From: Octopus vulgaris | Taxonomy: Eukaryota | NCBI GenBank assembly: GCA_951406725.2 | Contig: OX597835.1 | Span: 48,360,001-48,424,000, forward strand | Length of the DNA: 64,000 bases | Direction of reading: 5' to 3' | Shown: piece by piece, positions 43,141 to 56,960 of the stretch | Layout of the letters: every line of letters begins with the position of its first letter | How positions within the stretch are numbered: position 1 is the stretch's first letter | Program-made: the position numbers and the translations under genes | Notes under the pieces: generated by a model | Told to the model about the DNA's origin: nothing | Databases searched by the model: none | Seen by the model: the letters and a program-made list of their open reading frames with translations, nothing else

Positions 43141-45322
43141 CAATCCCCCAAATCACTGATGCTTGAAGGAGAGACAAAAACACTTCTTTTCAGTTCCACA
43201 TTACTCTTCCTTACCCCCACCCAAACAGATCTACACTGTCCCTTGAAATATAAAATAGTCTTTTACGATAACATGGTGAACCAAGTCAGTTTAAGCTGTA
43301 AACTTTTTTGAACTTATAATATTCTGTGTGATTATACAAAGATACAATACTAATATTCCACTGAACTTTTTTAATAATTCCTTCTGGAAACTATCTCTAA
43401 CATTTTCTTGGGAATGTTTATATATGTTGTAATCTTTTGTGCCCAATATTTTAATGAACTTGTTCAAATTTTTTATATTTTCACAAGATTTTCCCTTGTA
43501 AACTGTTCTTAACATGTTCTTGTTATCAAAGAATGTATATATGTATTGTAGTATTTTGTGACAACGAGTTACTAACACAACCAAGCTTTTACATGCTACA
43601 TTTGACAATCTTTTTCTAAAAAGTGAAACCGGTAAAGTAAATAAACATCGTTTAAAATTGTATTTTCAAACCTTCTTTCATATATAATTCAACTCGTGCG
43701 GTACCTTACAACTCCACTTTGTTATATAGGGCGAGCCCATATCAATATCATATCTTCTCCACTACTTCAGTATTACGTGTTAAAAGTGAAACAAAGACAT
43801 TTCTCTATTTCATGTCAGATACTTTCACTTTAACAATAAAAATAATAATAACAATTGAATTATATGTAGTAAGTAATAATTAAAATCAAACTAAAGTATA
43901 ATATAATCGTAACATAACAAAAGTAAAAATACTAATTGGTATAAAATTGCATCAATGACTTGAACTTGAATAAGTGGTTTCACGTGAAGGGGAATAAATT
44001 TAAAATAAAATTGGTGTGTAGAAATGGAATAGTCTAGATGGAGCTGTGCACATACCATTTACCACGGCTTTTACATCAGATTATCTACTAATTAGCTAGC
44101 ATTAAGTATCTATATGAAGTTTGGCTGTATGTAATGTCTGTTTTCTCGAATAGCCGCTTCTACTGAGTACTGCTGTTGGTTTATTTATTATACATAAAGG
44201 ACTATAGCTTCAACTGCGTACTGCTTTTTCATTCACCGTAAGGTTTGTTGTTATTATCATTACTGTTTAACTATTGTTATCATATTTGTTGGTTCCTCGT
44301 AAGGGAAACGTTGTGTTGCATTTGTTAAATAATTGTAAACTGTAACCCTCCTCCTTTGGTTAGTGTTTAAAATTTGAATTGTGTCCCTGTTTGGGGAAAT
44401 TGACAATATTTTCCCCGTTTATACGGAAGCATTTTTGTTAGAATGCCTTTGATAGAAGAAAGTCCAGAAATGAATTTCGCTGCAGCCGTCGGCGGACGAG
44501 AACTCATTAAAATTAAAATGAAAGAAATACAAACCTATTTCGTATTGATCACCCACAAAGACGGTGAATCTAGGATAACACCACCAAACGAAATAAAAAA
44601 TTAAATTAAAGAAAAGACTATTGTCTATAAAATATACAATGTTCAGAAAAAAAAGATTTGAACATCTGGAAGAAAGCACCATCGATAAGTGTCTTGGTGC
44701 GACTATGAAAGATATCAAGTGCTAACCAGAGGCGGTAAATTCGCCGCAATAGAAGCAAGGTTCGAGTCAACGGAGCGTGCAAGGGAGTACTCGACTCGAA
44801 CCTTGCAAAGTGGAAATATTTTATTTTTACTTTATATCTGGGACGTAGGACATCCCGGATAAAAATTTAAAATGTCCCCCCAGAAGTAGAGGTAGGTTGT
44901 ATAGTAGCCACACTTCTATACAAGAGGGAGGACAAGATACAATTGATCGAAATTGCAAGAGACGGCCTACAATTCCAGTCTGTTATACATTTTAAGTATT
45001 GTTATCACTAGCGATATCAAGATATAGTTTTGTATTTTGTATTTTATGTGTAGATGTATATATATAGATGCACATGTAATATGTACACATATATACATGC
45101 ACTAGCACTATGACCCAGCAACGACGGGTCGTAATGCTAGTACTTTTATAATTATATACTTAAATATTAAGTTTACCGATGTGGTGGCTATGATACGCTG
45201 GCCACTGATTTAATCATTTTAATCATTTTAATGAGTGTGCGTACACACACACACACACACCCATATACACACACAAACACATACACACACATGCACGTAC
45301 GCAATCACAAACATACACATAT

Positions 45323-45600
45323 AGGCATAGGTGTGGTTGTGTGGTAAAAAACTTGTTTCCCAACCACATGGTTCCGGGTTCAGTTCCACAGCATGGAACC
45401 TTGGGGGAAAATGTCTTCTACTATAGCCTCGGGCCAACCAAAGTCATGTAAGTGGATTCAGTAGCCGGAACCGGAAAGAAATCCGTTGTATACATACATG
45501 TGTGTGTGTGTATGTTTATGTGTCTGTTTGTCCCCCCTCCATTGCTTGACAATCAATTTTGGTATGCTTACATACTAGTAATCTATCATTTTGATTCGTT
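45323..45600 (+). mobile_element. SINE family C, 5' two-thirds
   Basis: GTGTGGTTGTGTGGTAA..CCAACCACATGGTTCCGGGTTCAGTTCCAC..TGTCTTCTACTATAGCCTCGGGCCAACCAAAG. Confidence 0.85.
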
Positions 45601-46199
45601 TAACGAACCTAGCTCTTCAGGCTTCGGGAAACGAAAAACTACGTTCGTTTTACGAGAGCACGAAACTTTAAATTGCATAGAGTCAAACCAAACAGTTATT
45701 GAATTATACATATATATATGTGTGTGTGTGTATGTGTGTGTGTGTGTGTGTATGTGTGTGTGTGTGTATACACACACACACACATATATATGTTCTACTG
45801 TGCGGTACTCCGGTTATTGGCATTATCTTTTCTACAACACAAGCGTGTGTATAAGTGAATCCGCACATCCATCCATATATCTTATTTGTTTATACAATTA
45901 TACGAGTACATGTGTGCGTGTGCTTGTGACTGTAGAATGTTGTGAGTGTGTGTGTATGTGTGTATATTGGTGTGTTCTTGTGTGTGTGATTGAGTCTGTA
46001 GAGTGTTGTGTGTGTGTAAGTGCGTGTATATGTGTGTGTGTTTGTGTCTGTAGTGTTGCGTGTGTGTATATGTGTCTGTAGTGTCGCGTGTGTGTATGTG
46101 TGTATATATGTGTGTGCGTGTGTGTGTGTTTGTGTGTAAGCATGTGTGTGTTGGAGCGTGCGTCTGCAGAAATTAGGTTCACGAATAATAACTAACACA

Positions 46200-46535
46200 T
46201 CGTTGACCTAAATAATTTTTTCTATCATATCCAATACTCCAAGTATTACTGGTATTGTTTTCACCTTCATGCCCCACATCTTGAATACTTTAATTTCAAA
46301 GTCTTTGTACTTTGACAATTTCTCCACTTCTTTTGGGGAAAATGTTTTTGTCAGAAGGGACTGCAATGTCTATCAGTAAGTTGCTGCTTTTGTTTTTCGC
46401 TTTGTTTTTTTTTAAAAACACTTTATGATGTCTGGGCGATTAGCTTTACGTCTTTGTTAGTTTGAACAGGTTTATTCCAGATGATTGTGGCCTGGTCGTT
46501 GTCTTGTACCTTGTTTGGCATATGTTTATACCACG
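46200..46535 (-). mobile_element. R4/Dong-like LINE restriction-like endonuclease fragment, decayed
   Basis: WYKHMPNKV..TIIWNKPVQTNKDVKANRPDI, LLIDIAVPSDKN, EVEKLSKYKDFEIKVFKMWGMKVKTIPVILG. Confidence 0.85.
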
Positions 46536-47075
46536 TTGGCTCAGGAAAAGTATAAGAAATGGAAGCGCGACCAGGTTGTAAAAGATTTACACTGGAAACT
46601 CTGCCAGAAACGGGGATTTGAAACTGGAAACACATGGTATAATCATCGAGTGGAAAGAATACTGGAGTCGGAGGAATGTAAGATATTGTGAGATTTTCCT
46701 TGAAACGTACAAGAAATTAGAAAATAATAAACCGGATGTAACGATTGTAGATAAGGAAAAGCGAAGTTGCTTACCTATCGACCCATCATACCCGTTTGAT
46801 TCCAGGATTTTAAAGAAAGAAGGAGAAAACAACACAATCCTTTAAGATTTGAAATAGGATGAATTTGGAGCATCTGAACAGTAAGGGTCGTGCCTATGAT
46901 AATTGGTACGTTGGGGGACAGTAAGCAAAGATATAGAGAAATGGCTGAAAAAGATTGGAATAGAATGTCCGGTAGATCTTCTACAGAAAGTTTGTCTCTT
47001 AGGGACAGCAAGGATATCAGGAGGGTTCTAAGCTCTTGAAAGAATGCTGAAAACGTGTGGATACCTAAGATTGCA
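46530..47075 (+). mobile_element. second R4-like LINE RLE fragment (different family), decayed
   Basis: LAQEKYKKWKRDQV..LHWKLC..WYNH..E.ILES..CKIL, NKPDVTIVDK..C..ID...PFD, VRVVPMIIGTLG, LLQKVCLLGTARI. Confidence 0.85.
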
Positions 47076-47299
47076 GGCAGTAACCCACTACCGACATAGA
47101 TCCTACTAAGTATAAGATCGAACCTGAGCCAAACCAATATGATAGCAAAACAAACGGATGCAATACAATACCGGAAAAAGTTTACACTCACCCTGAAAGA
47201 GAACACACAACGCTGCACACACCTGAGCAACATGGTGGTGTGGCAGGTAATGCCTCAGATATATGCCTGAAACTATCCAATGTCGAAGAATAATATAAA

Positions 47300-47626
47300 A
47301 CCTTTCTACTATAGGTACAAGGCCTGAAATTATGAGGTGTGGGCGGTAAGTCGATTACATTGACCCTAATATTCAATTGGTACTTATTTCTTTCTTCTGT
47401 AGGCAGAAAAGCCGATATTTTGGGGGAAGGGGATAATCGTTTACATCGCCCCCAATCACCACCACCCCACCCCTCAACCGTGATTGAAAGGTACTTAATT
47501 CTTCGACTCAGAAAGGTAGAAAGTCAAAGTCGACCACCGCGGAATTTGAACTATGAACGTGAAGACGGACGGAATGACGCCAGGCATATTGTCCGACGAT
47601 CGAACTGTTCTGCCAGCTCACCGCCT
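47300..47626 (-). mobile_element. SINE family B (one copy plus a partial)
   Basis: GGCGGTGAGCTGGCAGAAC head at 47626; CTATAGGTACAAGGCCTGAAATT tail also seen at ~18310. Confidence 0.75.
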
Positions 47627-47659
47627 TAATAATAATAATAACAATAATAATAATAACAA

Positions 47660-47697
<38 letters not shown>

Positions 47698-47752
47698 ATG
47701 AAAATAAGATTATCAGTGTTATTATTTCTACAATTATTAATATTACTACTGT

Positions 47753-47819
<67 letters not shown>

Positions 47820-47824
47820 GCTAT

Positions 47825-47883
<59 letters not shown>

Positions 47884-48191
47884 TTATTATTATTATCATT
47901 TTATGCGTTTATTTCGTTTACATTTTCTTGTCAAGACATAAGCCATATGTGAACGAATTAATCAATACTAAGTTGTGAAAGATGAGACTAGTTTTGCACG
48001 ACTAATTAAGTAAAACTAATGATTTTAGCGAAGTTATCGGCAGCATTAAAATGGCGTACTTCCATCTGACGTCAGGAAGCTGTTATGGTAAAAGATATCC
48101 AAGGCATGTACTTGACATCATCTTTTCATATATTCATTTACATACACACGCACATGCATACTCCATAAGTGTGCGTGTCTCTGTGTGTCTA

Positions 48192-48830
<639 letters not shown>

Positions 48831-49012
48831 TAGCAATAATAATAATATGAGGGAATAATATTCCAAACTTACAGGGAAAAATTCAATTTAGAAATACTAA
48901 ATCAAATTTCACAAAATATTATATATATATATATGAAATTTTGAAAAAAAACACCTTTTATCGATGAAAAAATCAAATTATACCCTTTTTAAAAATTACA
49001 TCTTATAGAAAA

Positions 49013-49205
49013 TTTTTAATCGGGGGAATGCATGGAATAATTAATCAATTATTGAGATGTTCATAATGTTTAATTCTTGCCTGTATTCACCTGATGGAAA
49101 CGGTTTTATTTGCATGATGTAAAACTTCTATTCATCGATAAAAAGAACTCGCCTGAAACAGCCGTAGTGAGTCAGCCATAATAAGGTGCTTATTTTCTAA
49201 TTAGT
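49013..49205 (+). mobile_element. short repeat with hammerhead-like motif at 49085-49172 (decayed copy)
   Basis: AUUCAC-CUGAUGG...GAAA-CAGCCG-UA-GUGAGU; homologous to 50651-50845. Confidence 0.7.
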
Positions 49206-49369
49206 ATATAAATATATATATATATATACATGTAAACAGATCTCTCTCTTTCTTCCCCTATTTCTCTCCCTCTCCCTCTTTCTCACTCTCTCTGTATGTA
49301 TATATATAATATATATAATATATATATACATATATACACACGTAAATGTACATACTTAAATGTATACCA

Positions 49370-49434
<65 letters not shown>

Positions 49435-49694
49435 TATATACATATATATATATATATACATATGTGGGCACAGGACATCACGAAACGTGTACAACAAAAG
49501 ATATGATTTACGAGTACATGGAACATGAACACAAATGGAAAACAAAACGAACAAAATAAAGAACGACCTTTCATCAGTTGTTGGCTCTTTGTGTGTGTGT
49601 GTATATATATATATATGTATGTATGTATGTGTGTGTGTATGTATGTACGTATGTACCTACGTATGTATGTATGTATGTATGTATGTATGTTCAT

Positions 49695-50246
49695 GTCAGG
49701 TCACTTTCGATTGCTACTGGTAACATGTAACACAGTGCAACCTGTTGCATGGTCGGGTCGTCGGTGACTAAACCGGCAATCCCACCAAGCTTGCTTGGTG
49801 AGGAGGGTGTTTATTGGACACCCTGCGGGATGAAAAACAAAACCCGTCAAAGGGCGGAGGAACTCTTGAGAGTCAACAGCCGTCCAATAAATGTCTTAAG
49901 GCTGTATCATGCGCGGGGACATAGAAATAATCGGACTGAATACCCGATCGCGCGGTTAAACCATTGGGAGTGAAGGCCTCCTAGCCTTTGTTAGGGCATC
50001 CTTCTAGGAGAAGGTAACTCAGGTAACTGGGATAACTCCGACATAAAACCTGCTGCTCAGTGGTTACCGATGATGTTGACTTGTTCTTCTTTTCGAATTA
50101 TGGCTGCTGTTGCTTAGTGAGTGGGATTGACGCAGTGCACAGCCTTTCCTCACTTTAAAAAATCTTCTTGCACAGGCATTGCACAATAACAACATTGATT
50201 AAGCTTCATGCAATGGCCATATTCGATAACGAGGGGGCAGCCTCCA
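49695..50246 (+). mobile_element. non-autonomous RTE-type retroposon-like element in (TATG)n
   Basis: GC-richer, hairpin-rich block bounded by (TATG)n. GGGCATCCTTCTAGGAGAAGGTAACTC resembles RTE 5'-UTR motifs (recalled similarity). Confidence 0.5.
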
Positions 50247-50549
50247 TGTATGTATGTATACATGCATGTATATTTTATACAAAATTTCAAGATTAAACAA
50301 ATCAGGTAGTTCAATTGCAAAACAACAAGATCAGGTCGGTGATCTCCCTATCTTGTACAAACGACATTTAAAGACAAATACGCTCTTACTAAAGACGTAT
50401 ATACTCCGCTTGTGCGTACAATCCCATATGGCTGACTGAAAATACGACGTGTCATCAATATCGCACACGGGTGCAAAATCTGCACCCGTTGCACTGCACT
50501 CCATAGATTCCAGATCCAAGTGAATTGCAGATTCTGAGTAAGGTGAATG

Positions 50550-50845
50550 ATAAACAAATAATAACAGATGGAGTGCGGTTCACTACAGCTGTTTCAAACG
50601 TGTTTTCATTGATGAATATCAATGTTACATCATGCAAAATAAAGAAATCGTTTTAATCAGGGGAATGCATGTAAGAATTAATCAATTATTGAGAGGTTCA
50701 AAATGTTTAATTCTTACCTGTATTCACCTGATGAAAATGGTTTTATTTGCATGATGTAAGACTTCTATTTATCGATAAAAACAAGTCTGAAACAGCTGTA
50801 GTGAGTGAACCATAATTTACCCTCTTTTGTTATTTGTATATATAT
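50550..50845. mobile_element. fold-back HHR element: plus copy with hammerhead 50722-50806 and inverted partial copy ~50550-50640
   Basis: AUUCAC-CUGAUGA-(long stem II)-GAAA-CAGCUG-UA-GUGAGU. TTCACTACAGCTGTTTCA..TTACATCATGCAAA at 50579-50638 is its reverse complement. Confidence 0.75.
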
Positions 50846-52245
50846 TTAGTTATGTATATATATATATATAGAAAGATACACACACATATGCATATACGCA
50901 TACACACACACACGCACACATACACATATATATATGTAGACATACTTTTCTCCAAGTCTACGGAATTCGATGCCAAATGTGGAAAGCAATTGAGGAAATG
51001 AGCTTCTAATGGCGCATGGCATGTGTCACTAGCAAACTTTGTTTAAAATAAGATGAAGATGCAACAAACACAGTTTTATTGAGAAATAAGCAAAAGAAGA
51101 ATGAAAAGAAGAACGAATGAAAGAACAAAACAGCGAACGAACGAAAGAAGAAAGAAACAAGTCTGAGAAAAATGTAAAAGAAGAATGAGAATGAAAGAAA
51201 AACAGAACCAATAAAAGAAGAAAAGACATAAAAAAGAAGAATGGAAAATTTCATTTTGTCAGGTGAAGAGGAAGGAAAAGGGAAAAGAGAAGAGGAGAAA
51301 GGGAAGAAATGAAGAAGCACAAATAAAATTAGAAAGAATGAAAGGAAGAAGAAGAAGAAATGATCGAAATAGTAGAAGTTTTGTTGAACAATGCTTTAGA
51401 AAAGGAAGGTTGGATGGTTTAAACGTGAGCATGTTTAGCGAGGAATTGAATGGTGCTTTACAATTCTGTCAACTTTTCATCTTTTCAAGAGACAATACTT
51501 ATAGAATTTACCGCCAAACATTTATTTGTCCTCTCTTTCTTTCTTTCCCTTTTTTTTTTGTTTTGCAAAATAAACAAAAAAACAAACAAATAATAATACA
51601 TGCAAGAATACAAATAATTTTTCGGACAGTCTAGGTTCGTCCCTTGGTACGCGGTTCCTCGTCAGAGACCATTATACTTCCATTCTGACAGTGTCACCAT
51701 AACATTACCATTCGCTTCTTTCTTTGTCATCTTAAGGTTTTCTCTCCTTAATTTCTTATTATTGTCATTGAGTTTTCGTATTCTCCCCCCTTTTTTGTTT
51801 TGTTATTATGATATTTTATGAGTTTTTATTTATTCATTTTTTTGTTTCGCATTTTATGCTTCATATTCTTCTTGCCTTTTTTCCTATTTTTGCTAATCTT
51901 TACTTCGATATGTCGCTGTATTTTCTTAAATGTTTCTTTTTGTATTTCAAATGTGTCTAATGTTATTTTGAAGAATTTTTTCCTATATTTTCATTTGCCT
52001 TGCATATATATCATTTTATTTATTTATTTTGGGAGAAGTTCTTTCGAAATATTTCTATATTCTTCCCAAACCTTTTTTTTTAAATATATTTCCTTTTACT
52101 TTTCTGTCATCGTTGCTCTTATTCCATGTTTTGCTTTTCTCTTCGCAATTTTGGATATTTCCTTTCCCACTATTTTTCTATATATTCTTATTTCTATGTT
52201 TTTTCTCCTACAGGATTATTATCATCATCATCATCATTATTATTA

Positions 52246-52337
<92 letters not shown>

Positions 52338-55208
52338 GCTTTGTGAAGAATGGTCGATCGTCCTAGGGCAGTGCAATGGATTGACAAAGGATTGAGTAGG
52401 CAGAATTGTTAGACAAAATAGCCTTGGGATTTAGTCATATCCTTAAATATTTCTCCGTTGAAATGCCGCCAAGGTACATTTTGCCTTTCTTTATTTCGGG
52501 ACGTACATAACAAAGTACCTGTCAACAACTGTTTCTATGGCTTTTGTCGGCCAAATCTGACCGAATATATGTTGCTGGAAAGTTCCCCATGCCGAAGCGA
52601 AATGTGTCCATTTGAAAAGCAGTCAGTTGACTATGATGATATCGAGTTCCATTAAGTTCTTGCTTTATATCCCTCCTGCATCCTTTTTATCTTTCATTCT
52701 TCCAATATACAAGACATACTTAAGCGGATTTTAAATTCTTTTGTTACAAAATTCATGTTGAAATACGCTGATTTTGTTTGAATTAATTTTGACAAAAAAT
52801 AGAGAAGTTAATAAAATAATTTTGTTGTTATTAACTGGCGTTCGGAACATGATTTTAACGTGAATTTTAATTTGGATCACTTTAAAGCATGAAGTTTGTA
52901 TCATCGCACAACGGCTGGCCTTCTGTGGGTTCATATCAAAAGAGTAAGAGAGAAACTCGCTCGGTGTGTTTACAGGAGTTCCGACAGTGAAATGAGAAAA
53001 TATGAAGCAAGCATGAAAGTATGCAACAGAATAACATAAAGGTCGGTCAATGACTAAATACACCACCCAATTATAAACTCGACCTCTTCCGACCTTGCTT
53101 CTGCGCAATTTATATCCACTAAATTATATTCTCAACTCTAGGATCGATTTGAGGTTCTCTTAACAAAAGACATTTGTTCGCAATAACGTGTAGTGAAATC
53201 AAGAAAATGCAATCAAGCATTTGCCCTATTGGTTGGTTGAGATACACTCATGACCCCACAAAAACTGTAACACAAAACCAGAACTGTGTCCCGTAAAGGA
53301 TGCTTAAAGAAAGACTCTAAAGTTATGCATCCAAAGTAAAAAGCAAAAGTAGGTGTTACACGTGTGGTAGCCAAATCTGTTTAAAATCTGTTTCAGGGCA
53401 GAAAACGTGGAATAACCAAAGCAGGGAAGAGTCTTAGACACAAAATGCGAGTTGGTAAGTGCAGCTGCTGTTTCCTCCTTACCGGGGATGATCCGTAAGA
53501 CTGGGAATTCTCTTTCGCAGTTACAACCAGGAGAGGTAAGAAGAGTCAACCACATCAACAAGAGCTTCACAAAACAACCAGAAAGTATTTTCTCAGGGCA
53601 GAGCCAGTTCGGCCCTTTAAAGAAATGAGGGCCAAAAAGAGACCGATGGGAAAATCCAAACTTCTTGAAAACAGAAAAAGAAGAAAAACAAAGATTACGC
53701 AAATTCAAAGAAAGCTACGAAAAATGCCAAGTGGAGTCCATTTCATGCGAAGAAGTATTATTCCCTGAGAAAGAATCCACAACTTAGAAAAGGAAACAAG
53801 TGAAATGATGGATGGAGCAAGCCTCCGATTAAAATAAACTGAAATTCTGCAAGAACAACGAATTTCCAATAGAACACAGACATTGGACACAAGGAATATG
53901 CAAACTGAATCTAGATTGGGAAGAAAAGCAGCAAAACAAGGAGGGGATATTTGTTCACATTTCAAGTAGATTTCACAAAGGATTATAGTTTAACGATCCA
54001 AAAGAGATGTTTCCTCACCGGCTAAATGGAATACAAGAAAACCTCACAGAAGAATTTTGGGATTTCCAGCACTGAATCCTGTGCTTTGCTATTTAAGAAG
54101 TTTATCGAGATGTGACCAAGACGAATGGCAACGTACAGATTTGTTTTCAACGGGAAAGGATTTCTCATGACATCGAGGACTTGAAAAAATACAGTGCCAA
54201 GAGACAGCTTGCATCGGTCGGAGCCAAAAATTTGGTATCATAATTCTGGCGCCCATGACGGACGAATAAACTGTTGGTATTCATGTACTAAACATCAAAC
54301 ATACCTGTACTGTAGTATGTGGTAAAACGAAATGAGAGATACGATCAGAGGTACAGGTGAAAATGTCGATACTTCAGGTGTAATCGAGAAGTGAGGTAAC
54401 ACACACAAACTGTATCGAAGACAGTCTCATAGATAGCATCGTACGATTCAAAGAGCCCAGTCTCGTGTTACTCTGATTCAATATGTTGTAAATATGCAGA
54501 TGTTGCCGTGTTAATGGTGCGAATAAACTAACGAGGAACGATGGCGATGAGGTTGGGAATATACTGGCGGCACCAATGAGTGTTGCAGAGGTAAGTTCAT
54601 TGGTTCTATGACGAAAGTATCGTTAGGGACGATACTGTTATTGTGTTAGTGATGCAGTGGCTTTCATGATTACATAATTACGGCGATGTTATTAATGTAC
54701 TGAAAATGTTATGGATACCGGCGTCCATGTTGAAATGATTTATTTGGTTTATGGAGTTCTCAAGCTGAAAGAGTGTGTTCTTATTTGATATTGTGTTTGT
54801 TGTTAGTCGTTGTCATAATGCTAGACATCCGAAACGTTGGTATTGCGTGTGTACGTGTAGGTGCTTGTGCGTATGACTGAAGTGGGAGTTCGTGTGTGTA
54901 TGTGTGTGTGTGAGTGTGTTTGTGTGTGTTTGGGGTGGTAGTTCTTCTATCTGTGTGTGCGTGTGTGTGTCTGGCATTCGATATCTTTATCTTACCGAAT
55001 TAAATGGAGAAAGTATTTCGCAAGAACTTTTACAGATATTGTATGATGATTGATTGGAATGAAACGTCCACTTAATGTCTAACTTTTCCTTACATATACT
55101 TACCTATAGTTTATGTATAGATATAAATCATACATACATATAAATATACATATATATATATATATAAATAGAGAGAGCGCGAGAGTGGGTGTATGCTTGG
55201 ATTTACAG

Positions 55209-55258
<50 letters not shown>

Positions 55259-55651
55259 TTGTATGTATATATGCTTATATATATTCAAATCTCATTCGTT
55301 TATGTATATACGTATATACGGACATATACATATATGTGTGTGTGTGTATGTATAAGAAGAGAGAGGTAGTGAGGGAGGGAAAAACAAGGAGATATAACTA
55401 TGCACCTTATACTTTATATAGCTGTCTAAAAGTGAGTGCATATTACAGATATTGGTATTAATGTATATATACTTGTTTATGTATTTATACATTTTGTATA
55501 TCGATAGTTTTGTACTGGTCATGTCATAGCTATTGCATCAGATACTGTGTAATCAGTCAATGCTAAGGTAGTTTTACAGACACACGCACACACACACACA
55601 TACACACACACACACACACACACAAACAGACACACACAAACACAGAAACAC

Positions 55652-55701
<50 letters not shown>

Positions 55702-55841
55702 TTATCATATGTATATATATATATATTTATATATGTACGAATGTATGTATATATGTGTATATATAAAGATATAGACATATACACATGCATATACATAAAA
55801 ACTTATATATATATGTCTCTGTGTGTGCTTGTGTGTGCGTA

Positions 55842-55873
<32 letters not shown>

Positions 55874-56331
55874 TGTGTACATAGATGGAACATATAGAGA
55901 GGAAGATAGATAGAACACCATGTAGTTATACATACTGGTGGGGAAGGATCAAAGAGAAAGTGCAAGGGTGTAGATGACGATATAGCCAGTATTATGTATA
56001 TTATATACATACACACTAACACTCGATCGCACCCCTCACCTCGCATACGTATGTACATGTATACACACATTGTATGTATGTATGTATGTATGTACGTACG
56101 TACGTACGTATGTATGTATGTATGTTATGTATGCATGTATGTATGTATGTATGTATGTTACGTATATCTAAATAAGGAAAAACTAGCAAACAAGAGTCAG
56201 AAAATGTTTGCATGGTTATACTGAAGATTTATTTTATTATATTAAGAGATTGATAAAAGATTGGTAAAATAATGAACGATCTCACTTAATCTTTTAGAAG
56301 CTAGGCCGAAGGATAAGGTAAAACGTATGTG

Positions 56332-56382
<51 letters not shown>

Positions 56383-56736
56383 GTGTGCGTGCGCGCGTGT
56401 GTGTATGTGTGTGTGTGTGTGTGTGAAAGGGAAAAAAATGAAAGAAAGTATACGCCGCCATTGCATTATTGGAAAGGAGTTAGCCAACATGGTGCAAGAT
56501 GGCGTCTGCATAACATTTTGATGGGGAAGCGAGAAAACATGGCATCTAATGTATTGGTATGTGTCCGGATAAGGAGACGGATGAGAAATCAGAAGAAACC
56601 TGGAGAGAGAAGGCAGACGTTTGGGAAAGGTTGTAGGTGAGGATATTAGAATTTCTGTGAGATATATTTATAGATGGATGGACAGGAAAGTAGCGAGAGG
56701 GAGATGGCGATATACGCACGTATATAAATATGCATG

Positions 56737-56860
<124 letters not shown>

Positions 56861-56918
56861 ATGTATGTGTGTATGCATGTGTGTGTGTATATGTGTATAT
56901 TTGCATACTTCTATCTGT

Positions 56919-56960
<42 letters not shown>

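Noticed and set aside
43620-43640. GAAACCGGTA palindromic stem-III-like motif
   Set aside because: No upstream CUGANGA or stem II.
53280-54250. Complex A-rich block that looks like decayed coding sequence
   Set aside because: Stops in all frames and no motif I can recognise; needs BLASTX.
54305-54409. Possible 105-nt minus-strand exon (AG..GTATGT)
   Set aside because: Weak polypyrimidine tract and no recognisable peptide.
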